DNA of 64,000 nucleotides. It comes from a virus. Shown here piece by piece: positions 54,162 to 63,100 of the stretch (position 1 is the stretch's first letter; each line of letters starts with the position of its first letter). The notes under the pieces were generated by a model, which ran no database searches, had not been told where the DNA came from, and was given only the letters and a program-made list of their open reading frames with translations. The position numbers were made by a program, and so were the translations under genes. The stretch covers positions 1 through 64,000 of the IMG/VR virus record IMGVR_UViG_3300043446_005369. One strand, 5' to 3'.

Positions 54162-54874
54162 TAGATTACCCTCCAAGAATTACCTTTCCATATAAATGTT
54201 AAACTACCATAATCATAAGCAAGAATTGCACGATCTCTACCATCAATCAAATCATCCCCTGAAGGTAGTATTGTAATATATCTATTCGTTCCTTTGGATG
54301 CTTCTCCTAACTCATCTTTAACTACAAATATCTTTCCTTGCCTATCTGCTTTTGGAAGTCTAATTGATACTGCACCTGAATAATTAACTCCAATATAATA
54401 ATCTCTAGGTGTAATTGTATAGAATGATGTAGTTACCGAAGTAACTGGCACATCCATAAATGCGAGATTTGTTTCACCACCTCCACCAAGAGTAGAAAGT
54501 TGTTGTTGAATTCTCTCCAAAAATAACTTATAATGTTTTTGCAAATCTTCATGTGTTGCAAAATTTTGATTTATTGGAGTGATTGGATCTTCTTTTTGTT
54601 TAATATTTGATGGTTCAGATAAAAGTCCCAAAGATTTTTCTATCAATGTCTCTTCCTTCAAGGGAGGAGGAGAAATATTACTTAAATTACCAAAATCATC
54701 AGGAGGATCTGGTAATTTAATTTTTTTATCTTTTAATTTTTTCTTTACTTTGTTATCTGGATATATAAAATTTTCAAATTCTTTTAGAATTTTCTTATCC
54801 TTTTCAATTTCTTCATTTTTTTGTCGTCTTTCTTGAGCTATTAATTTAAAAAAATCAGATAATTCGTTGCTCAT
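54161..54874 (-). CDS. Hypothetical protein with C-terminal fibre-type beta domain
   Basis: Charged N-half, GGGGE linker, DYYIGVNYSGAVSIRLP...GKIFVVKDE...W. Confidence 0.7.
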   Translation of the reverse strand: MSNELSDFFKLIAQERRQKNEEIEKDKKILKEFENFIYPDNKVKKKLKDKKIKLPDPPDDFGNLSNISPPPLKEETLIEKSLGLLSEPSNIKQKEDPITPINQNFATHEDLQKHYKLFLERIQQQLSTLGGGGETNLAFMDVPVTSVTTSFYTITPRDYYIGVNYSGAVSIRLPKADRQGKIFVVKDELGEASKGTNRYITILPSGDDLIDGRDRAILAYDYGSLTFIWKGNSWRVI

Positions 54875-54875
54875 A

Positions 54876-56237
54876 TCAGCAATTCCAGGATCTTAAGGAT
54901 TTATTGATCCTCGAATTTGGATCTCTTGCTGTTTTCGCTGAAGTTAATTTTTTCTTCATTCCAGTCATACGTGAGCAAAAGCTCTTTCTTCTATTCCAGG
55001 CTTTTTCTCCTTTTTTGAGTTTTGAAGGATCTTTAGTTACTGCAGTTTTTAACTTTGAGCCGGGATTTTCTTTTCTATAAGATTCAACACCAGCTTTATT
55101 CAATCCTCCGGATTCCCTTTTCCCTTCTTTACGTTGCCAAGCTGCGGTTTTAGCTTCAAGTACAAATTGCTCAAAAGTTTTAAGTTTTGAAGGATGTATA
55201 GAAGCAGCTTGTTTTCGATCAAATTTTTCTTGTTCAGCATCTTCTCCAATATAATTGCCATCAGGATCATAATGTGCTACATCTAATTTTCTAGATTTAT
55301 TTTTAGCTAAAGGAAATAGTTTAGCTCCAGTTGGTTTTGGCTCTTGATCTTTTGGATAAATTCTTTTTCCTTTTTCGCCTTTAAGGCCAGGGGCATTTGG
55401 CAATACTGGACCACGTTCTACGTTCTCTTTCATTTCACCACTATCTACATAATCCGCAGCAGAATCTAGATAGTCGGCAGCTTTTGTGATTTTTGATTGC
55501 ACCCACGCCTCGATATTTCCTTCTCCCTTCATTTTTTTACGAAGTCTTTTTACAGCAGATGAAATTGTGTAAAGTTCTGATCTTGCCATAGAATGCTCAT
55601 GATCAACTGCTTCTGGCATATTTCCGGGATGTGGTGTATTTGGAGTGTATTTATTTCCCAAACGTATTGGCTGGGAAAACATATCCCAAACTCGTTCTCC
55701 ATATTTACACTCATTTCTGGTTTCATTTTTATTGCATTTAGGGCAATATCTGACACCATTCGATTCGGCCACTGGCACACAATTCGGAACTTCTTTGCCA
55801 TTTTTTATTTTTGTGCGTGGAGTTCCTAATTTTTTTCCTGACCAACATTTGCTTGCTCCAACATTTTTTCTAGCTTGTTTAATTCCCTCATCAATCTTTA
55901 AGGTTTTGGGGTATCCTTTTTCACCTTTTTTTGCTGGACGTTCACCACGGGCTCTCTTTGCATGAATGTTATCCCATAAGCCCATTTTTTCTTCATTTAC
56001 ATCCTTAAATTTTTTATGGTTTTTAATTGCAGATTTTTCCATTTTTTTAAGTCTTGTGTAATAATCGGGAATTTCGTCCAAATGTTGAAGAGCAATATCA
56101 GTAGCTAAATCTTTATCTTTAGTATGTTCATGTTCAATTTGAACTCCCATCTTGAGTTGATTTTGAACAAATGAAACATCTAAACGATGTTTTTTTGCTA
56201 TGCTTTCTACTGTGCTATGAGATTTTATTTGAGTCAC
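54876..56237 (-). CDS. Modular basic hypothetical protein (candidate protease-processed polyprotein)
   Basis: 453 aa, GTG start; IEHEHT...HLDEIPDYY, CW...NCV, CPKC, EAWVQSKITKA, internal LKTFEQFVLE, RRKSFCSRM...WNC; CTAAATA at 56258-56264. Confidence 0.8.
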   Translation of the reverse strand: MTQIKSHSTVESIAKKHRLDVSFVQNQLKMGVQIEHEHTKDKDLATDIALQHLDEIPDYYTRLKKMEKSAIKNHKKFKDVNEEKMGLWDNIHAKRARGERPAKKGEKGYPKTLKIDEGIKQARKNVGASKCWSGKKLGTPRTKIKNGKEVPNCVPVAESNGVRYCPKCNKNETRNECKYGERVWDMFSQPIRLGNKYTPNTPHPGNMPEAVDHEHSMARSELYTISSAVKRLRKKMKGEGNIEAWVQSKITKAADYLDSAADYVDSGEMKENVERGPVLPNAPGLKGEKGKRIYPKDQEPKPTGAKLFPLAKNKSRKLDVAHYDPDGNYIGEDAEQEKFDRKQAASIHPSKLKTFEQFVLEAKTAAWQRKEGKRESGGLNKAGVESYRKENPGSKLKTAVTKDPSKLKKGEKAWNRRKSFCSRMTGMKKKLTSAKTARDPNSRINKSLRSWNC

Positions 56238-56246
56238 AATAATATG

Positions 56247-56672
56247 TTATTCTTTATTATTTAGAAAACCTTGTTTTAGAATTTTAGATAGTTCTGATGT
56301 TGATCCTACAAAGATTGCATTATTCATAGTGTTATTTGTAGTTTTAATATTCTTATCATCATCAATTTCTTTGAGTTTTTTCTGAAGATCTATCAATTTA
56401 TCTGTAACATCACCCACACTTTTAATTAATTGACCTGCAACTTCATATGCTCTAGCTTGCCCACCCTCATTTGCAATTTCTAATATTCCATTAATTGCTT
56501 CCTGTCCTTTTTCAATTAATGAATATAAATTCGCTCTTGTATATTCATAATCTTTATCAACATCATCTATTTTAATTGGGGATACTTCAATACTTTCCTT
56601 TACCTTTTCAACATCGGCAAATTTACTTTCAATATTTAATGCTGAATCTAAATTTTCAAATTGATTTTTCAT
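56247..56672 (-). CDS. gp16: Terminase small subunit
   Basis: DYEYTRANLY, ARAYEVAGQLIK, FVGSTSEL. Confidence 0.93.
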   Translation of the reverse strand: MKNQFENLDSALNIESKFADVEKVKESIEVSPIKIDDVDKDYEYTRANLYSLIEKGQEAINGILEIANEGGQARAYEVAGQLIKSVGDVTDKLIDLQKKLKEIDDDKNIKTTNNTMNNAIFVGSTSELSKILKQGFLNNKE

Positions 56673-56677
56673 GGTCT

Positions 56678-57475
56678 TTAAATATCAGATTGTTGGGTTG
56701 GACTATATGATTTACCGTCAAAAAACATTTCCAATGATTCATTGAATCCATAGTCATCAGTAGGTTCTGCATCAATTGGATCAGGTGTTACTGTGTATCT
56801 CATTTCCCTCTTTGCGGTTTGAGTATCGCTTCCACTATAATAATCAACTTGGACTTTTCGAATAAGACCTTCTGCGGTGTCTGAAATTGGACCAAAAAGA
56901 TATATTTTTGCGGTAAAGTTAAAAGTATATATTAAAATTCTTCTTGTTGAAAAATCTCCTTCATAATCGTCAGTAAAACTAACACTATCCAATACAATTG
57001 GTATATCTTTTTTTTCTCCTATCGAATCTACAAGATCTAAAGTTAGATTAAATGATGGTTGAAAATAAGGTAAAATTTGCTCAACAACTTGTAATGCATC
57101 ATCTTGCAATTTACTAATCAAGTTTACTTGAAATCCTATATTATAGGGCACCGGCATAAAAACTTTTTTCAAATTTGCCCCATCAGAAGCCTTAAATGAT
57201 TGCGTCACACCAGCTTTTCTTGACGGATCATATTCTATCGATACCATTTCATAAGCCAATCTAGGCAATGTCATTGCAATTGGTTTATTTAATTCTGGTT
57301 GTTGTTCAATTCTGGCAAGAAATTTTTGAATTGGACCGTAAGCGATTGGTACTTTAATTTGACTTATACTATCACCATCAGAATTTTTATGACGAATATC
57401 GATGTCATTAAATAATGTACCAAAAGCTATGATTGTTTTTCTAATAATTTGATGATAGAAATATGAGGATAACAT
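56678..57475 (-). CDS. gp15: Tail sheath stabiliser / tail completion protein
   Basis: YFYHQIIRK, FGTLFN, VPIAYGP, LPRL, EQILPYFQP, DDYEGD. Confidence 0.95.
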   Translation of the reverse strand: MLSSYFYHQIIRKTIIAFGTLFNDIDIRHKNSDGDSISQIKVPIAYGPIQKFLARIEQQPELNKPIAMTLPRLAYEMVSIEYDPSRKAGVTQSFKASDGANLKKVFMPVPYNIGFQVNLISKLQDDALQVVEQILPYFQPSFNLTLDLVDSIGEKKDIPIVLDSVSFTDDYEGDFSTRRILIYTFNFTAKIYLFGPISDTAEGLIRKVQVDYYSGSDTQTAKREMRYTVTPDPIDAEPTDDYGFNESLEMFFDGKSYSPTQQSDI

Positions 57476-58872
57476 TAGTAAAAACCGAAAGGATTTGTTT
57501 CTGAAAAATCTATAATTTCATTAGCTTCTGTTTGAATTATTTCATTATCACCATATTTATCTTGTTTATCCCATAAATCAAAAGGTGCTATCGCATACGT
57601 TGCGGAAGATATTGATCCAACAATAGTTTCTCCCGGTTGAAATCCAAGTGTATTATTACTAATATTCATATATGATACTTTAAGAATCTTTGATGGAGAA
57701 TCCCATGATTTAACTCTCGCAGTAGTACCAGAAATCGAACCCGTTACAATTTCATTAAATATATAAGTTCCAAATCCACTAATAATAGAAGGAGGATCAA
57801 TAATTATATTTGGTGATTGATTGTATCCGATTCCCGGACTCGAAATTGCAATTGAAACAACTTCTCCATTTCCATTGATGTTTGTAACGGCTAAAGCTGT
57901 TTGGCCAACACCAGATGGCCCAGAAATGGAGATATTCGGTCTATTAATATATCCGGAACCGGAATTATTTACTAAAATTTGAACTACACCACTTTGATTT
58001 TTTTCTATTTCACATGTTGCTGCTGCGTTTGTCCCTCCACCTCCAGTAATAGTAACGGAGGGGGCTATAGTATATCCAATACCAGCATGTGTTAATAAAA
58101 TATTCTTTATGGATCTTGTAGAGCCATTCAATGAGGACATAACAGCAACTGCGCTTGCGTTAGTTCCTCCGGGTGGTGCAGGAGTTATGTTTATTTGAGG
58201 TGTAGTAGTATATCCAAACCCATCGTTAATTAAATATATATTTTTGACGTAACCAGTACCGATTGTTGCTGTTGCCGTAGCAGTAGATCCAAGTGATACC
58301 AAATTTAAATCTACAATATATCCTTCCTCTTTAATACTATGATCCACATCAGGTATAGTGGTATCAATGATTTCATCTTCATATTCAAATAGTTCACATT
58401 TTAGTTGATAAACATAAAGTTTACCTAATTGATAAAATGGATTTTCATGTTCAACAAATTTAACTTCGAATAATCTTTTTCCTAATGGAAAAAAGATTAA
58501 GTCTCCTTCTCTGGGTCTATTTGATAATTCTATTTCAGAAGGATTTTTATTATTTAAAAATTGGACTATAAAATTTTCAAATCTTTCTCTAGATATAACT
58601 AAACTTACTTCATCCTTTAAGGATACACCGAATTTCGATAGTATATCTCCTTGACCAGTATATCCATCATAATTTTCTAGGTATGCTTCAATTGAGAAAG
58701 AATCATTAAATTTTGAAGAAGAAACTTCTTTTAAAATTGTTTCTTTTCTTACAAATTTTCTAGGTATGTATATGATTTCAACGCCAAACATTCGAATTTG
58801 TTCGTTAATTAAATCTTGCAATAACCCTTGTTCACCCAGACTACTATTTAAAAAAAATGAATTAAGTGTCAT
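57475..58872 (-). CDS. gp14: Neck protein
   Basis: EQGLLQDLINEQI, YIPRK, RPREGDLIFFP, FVEHENPFYQLG, DFSETNPFG; central GxGY-repeat insertion. Confidence 0.93.
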   Translation of the reverse strand: MTLNSFFLNSSLGEQGLLQDLINEQIRMFGVEIIYIPRKFVRKETILKEVSSSKFNDSFSIEAYLENYDGYTGQGDILSKFGVSLKDEVSLVISRERFENFIVQFLNNKNPSEIELSNRPREGDLIFFPLGKRLFEVKFVEHENPFYQLGKLYVYQLKCELFEYEDEIIDTTIPDVDHSIKEEGYIVDLNLVSLGSTATATATIGTGYVKNIYLINDGFGYTTTPQINITPAPPGGTNASAVAVMSSLNGSTRSIKNILLTHAGIGYTIAPSVTITGGGGTNAAATCEIEKNQSGVVQILVNNSGSGYINRPNISISGPSGVGQTALAVTNINGNGEVVSIAISSPGIGYNQSPNIIIDPPSIISGFGTYIFNEIVTGSISGTTARVKSWDSPSKILKVSYMNISNNTLGFQPGETIVGSISSATYAIAPFDLWDKQDKYGDNEIIQTEANEIIDFSETNPFGFY

Positions 58873-59714
58873 TATCCAATAAAATCGTAAGGTGGTAATT
58901 CGTATTCTTGGGTCATTCTAGATTTAATATCCTCTAGTTCCTTTACCCCTTCGTCATATAGCTCTCTGGCATTAAATTCCAATCCACCGGGGAGTTTGAC
59001 ACCTCTATATTTAATTAAATTCCAGCCCCACTGCTTTTTCATTAAAGCAGTAAGGTATTTTTTTAAGAAACTATCATTATATACTTTAGTAAAATTATTT
59101 GGATCTAAAATTCTATAACAATCAATAATAATAAAAGTATCTTTAGATTTTGCTCCCCAATCTATATCTAAATAAAGCCTATTTTGTCTTTTATTGAATC
59201 TAATTTGTTTATCTGGAGATAATAGAAAATCAATATCTTCTAGATAACTTTTTACCATTGCATATTGTAATAATTCAACTGAATTAAAATAATATAAATC
59301 ATTTAAAAATAATTGATATTTAATGCTCCACATTCCACCAGAAATAGAGCTAGTATCAAATTTAAAAACTTTTTCTATACCAATTACGGTGTCTGGAACT
59401 TGTATAAAATTAGAGTTTTCATAAAAATTATAATTAATATTACCAATACCAGGAACTTCAGCGGACGCAGTAGTGGTTACAATTCCAATTCCATCAGTAT
59501 TTTTTGCTTTACCTCTATCTATATCTTCTTGCGTAATTTTATATTTTAAGAACATTCGTTCGACACCATCGAAATGTCTTTCATAAAAATATTGAAGAGC
59601 ATCATCCACTAGATCATCGATCTGTTCTTCATCTAAATTAATTTCTAGAACTGGTGCCCCCAATTTTCGGAGGCAATAATCTATTAGCTCTTGTCTACTT
59701 GTAGGTTTTGACAT
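58872..59714 (-). CDS. gp13: Neck protein
   Basis: LIDYCLRKLGAPVLEIN, KKQWG.NL.KY.GV.LPGG. Confidence 0.95.
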   Translation of the reverse strand: MSKPTSRQELIDYCLRKLGAPVLEINLDEEQIDDLVDDALQYFYERHFDGVERMFLKYKITQEDIDRGKAKNTDGIGIVTTTASAEVPGIGNINYNFYENSNFIQVPDTVIGIEKVFKFDTSSISGGMWSIKYQLFLNDLYYFNSVELLQYAMVKSYLEDIDFLLSPDKQIRFNKRQNRLYLDIDWGAKSKDTFIIIDCYRILDPNNFTKVYNDSFLKKYLTALMKKQWGWNLIKYRGVKLPGGLEFNARELYDEGVKELEDIKSRMTQEYELPPYDFIG

Positions 59715-59740
59715 TCAAGTATTTAATTAGTTATTTGTAT

Positions 59741-59914
59741 TTAGGAATTAATATGAATAGCTGCTAAAGTTTCCTGTTGTGCAAGATATAATCTACAAAA
59801 TAATTTTGCATATTTTTGAGAATCACTCAAAGATAAACTATCAATTGTTCTGGCAACTTTTTCATATTCAAATAATTTATTAATTGACTTAAGTTCAATA
59901 TCATTTGGATCCAT
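59741..59914 (-). CDS. Small helical hypothetical protein (57 aa, below ORF-track cutoff)
   Basis: MDPNDIELKSINKLFEYEKVARTIDSLSLSDSQKYAKLFCRLYLAQQETLAAIHINS; AGGAG ribosome binding site; fills gap before gp13. Confidence 0.7.
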   Translation of the reverse strand: MDPNDIELKSINKLFEYEKVARTIDSLSLSDSQKYAKLFCRLYLAQQETLAAIHINS

Positions 59915-60101
59915 TTAGTAACTCCTTTAATAAACATTTAATTTCATGAATATCCTTTTTCATATCTTCAATTTCTTTCTTTTGATTTTTTCTATTTTCT
60001 AAAGAATTTATATATTGATTATATGAGATATTATCAGTGTTAATTATCGCTCCAGAATATTCATCCCGAAACAGATTTGGGTGCCCTTTTACTGGTATCA
60101 T
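59901..60101 (-). CDS. Small conserved hypothetical protein
   Basis: MIPVKGHPNLFRDEYSGAIIN, C-terminal coiled coil; overlaps upstream stop. Confidence 0.75.
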   Translation of the reverse strand: MIPVKGHPNLFRDEYSGAIINTDNISYNQYINSLENRKNQKKEIEDMKKDIHEIKCLLKELLNGSK

Positions 60102-63100
60102 TATCGAATAGCAATTGTTCTAAGATCTTTAATTTTTGGAGGATATGCTTGATTTGTCGAGGACATCACAATTTTAATTATATATCCACTAAATTGGGAA
60201 AGATTATTTGCAGTAAATTCGTATTCTAAGTATTCATTTTCTCTACTTGGTCGAACATACATGTCTGGTAATCCACTATTATTTCCTCCAGCTAGTTTAT
60301 CATAACCAGGGAATAATTCAAATGAAGTAGCAATTTCACTAGAATCTGGAGTAATCAAACTATACAAAACTCTAAAATCTGAATCTGCATGGCGATATGC
60401 AGACATTATAACCTTTAGTGATGTTGCATTTTGCGCTAAAATGACTGTGTTAGAAACATATATCGCAGAATGAGGATCACTAATTAGAGAATTTACTCTA
60501 TTATCTTTAATATAATTAAAAATTGGTGAATTAATTCTATAACTATGAAAATCCGTAAAACAATTATCTAAGAAAATTTGAGGAGAAAGATTTTTATCAC
60601 TTGTAGAAAGTGTTAATGCAGTTGTAAATGATTTATTTCTTGGCAAATCATTTAAGTATTGATCTTCATTAACTTTTGAACAAATGAGTCTAGTAGATGA
60701 TAATTTGTTAGGGGTATTAATCTGAATTTCCTCATATCCAAGATCCACAAAAGAGCTTTCGTCCCCACTCACACTAGTTCCACTGACTGTTCTGATTTTA
60801 CCAGAGATTGAAGTATCCGCTGATGGCATTGATACATTATACAGAGGAATGATAGTATCGAACTGAATATTCTCTGAGGCAAAAACTTGAGAACCACCAA
60901 ATGATCCTTCAGAATCAAATGAAAGTTGAGGAGTATTGCTCAAAGACCCATCGGAAGATCTATTTGTGCCATTACTATTTCTTAAAAATTTAATATAATA
61001 TTCATCCATATCGATACTAGAATCAAAAATATCATGAGTTTTATTGATTCTTCTTAATGACACTCCATTTAATTGATAACTATAAACAAATGCGTTTATA
61101 TCATGCGTAATTATTTTTGTTGAATCTTGCCCTCTTGTTATTGTTCCAAGTGAATTATTCCCAACACTTTCATATCTAATAATTTCATTTTCAATTAAAA
61201 CATATCCAGGATTTGTATTACTTACTGGGATACCTTCAAAGGATGCGAATTGGGCAGTGCTCGCAACAGATATAATAACCGAAGAATTAGTTAAACTTTG
61301 TGTGAGTGTAGTAGGAGATGAATTTGGAGTAATGCCAGATAATTTTATTTTGTTATTAGGTGCATACATTCCATGATTAAAATGATTAACTTTAAAATAA
61401 TCTCCACTTGAATAATCCCCACTCAATGAGGAACTATAAATGTATGTAGTATCGAGTGTTATTGCAGCATTTGAGTTATTATAATATACCAACTTTGCAG
61501 TACCATCATTTGTAAATGATTGTCCTTTTACATTACTTAGATAAAGAGTATCAATTCCATTATTATTTCCAGTGATTGTGATTAAGGCTCCCGCACCACT
61601 ATTAGACGAAATAGATGAGGTAACTATACCAACAATATCTCCCACCGAATATCCTTTTCCAGGATTTACGATAGAAACCGCAGTTACAATCCCTGCAGTT
61701 GCTTCTATATTTAAAATTAATCCAGATCCATTCCCACTGATATTATAGGTTAAAACGCCAGTATTATCGGTAACATAATTCTTACCACCAGTAGTTATTC
61801 CGACTGATGAAACTGAACACCCAGTACCGACAATATGACCAGTAACATAAGTTTTAGTTGTTTCACTTATTTTTCTTCCGGGTGTCAGAACATCAATAAT
61901 ATTACTGTCCGTTGTGGTAGTGATACCTATTGTTAGTTTTCTTGGAAGTGTAGTAATTGGATTACCTAGAAGATTTTTAACATATCCATTACTTTCATTT
62001 AATGTTGGATTATAAAAATAAGCAGTTCCTGGCGTATTAGTTACAAATTCTGCCTTATATAATATAAATTTCATATCTTGATATTGATTTGCAGTCCAAA
62101 TCGATCCATTTTGAGATTTGAATAGACTACCTAGAGCAAATTGTTGAGTGTAAGATACGCTTTGAGAATCTGGAAGATTTCTAGATTGTATAGTCTTTTC
62201 TCCCATTTCTGCGATAAACACTTCATATTCATTGCTTTCCGGGGCTAGAAGTACAATACAATATTCGAGAGCGGGTTCTAAAAAGATTGGATAATCAAAA
62301 GTAACTGTTGTTGCTATTGATCCATCATCAGATATATTGATTTGATCTGGCTTTAATGTTACTGAATTACCTAAAATTGTTCTTGTGGGAGTTCCCAATT
62401 CGACTGTTCTAAGTTCTACTGTCAATGGGCTATTATTCGAATCCTTTTTATAGAAAAATAGATCAACTGAAGTGATAAATACGCCATTTTCATCATCATT
62501 TACAGTGTTACTTCCACCCACACTAAAAGATTGTGCAAGTGGATCAAAATATGTTGCAGTTGTTCTTGTTAATGTAGTAGTTGTAGTTTTAGTAGTTGTA
62601 ACTGTAGATTGATTGGTAATCACTGTTTCATAAAGTTCTAATACTCCTTCTGAGGTATAATTAGTTTCCGCTGAAGAAATAGTAGTACTACCAGGAGCCG
62701 CTGTTTGATTTGTGGAACTAGAAGATACTTTATATGTTTTATTACCAGTATTAATTCTAACTGAAGGTGGAGGATTGGTATTTGGATCACGAATAAAAAA
62801 TGATCCAATCAAATCGCCATAATTATCAGATATAAGTTTTAGATCCTTAACATAAGCTATTGCCCCACTAGTCTCACCAATTAAACGAGTCCCTTTTACC
62901 AAATATCCAGAATATAAGCCCTGAGCTTCCTCCGAAAGAGAATACGTATCAATATTTAAAACTTTAGAAGATTGATTATAAAAATTAGATAAAGATTCAG
63001 TTTTAATATAAGGATTAATATTAAAGATTTCACTTGGGGCATTATATGGACCATACTTATGATTCGGGGCTGCTAATCTAAAAGTAATTATTGGAACGTA

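Noticed and set aside
57790-58290. GxGY-xx-P repeats inside gp14 as an intein or novel element
   Set aside because: No splicing motifs; such beta-repeat insertions are common in cyanomyovirus structural proteins
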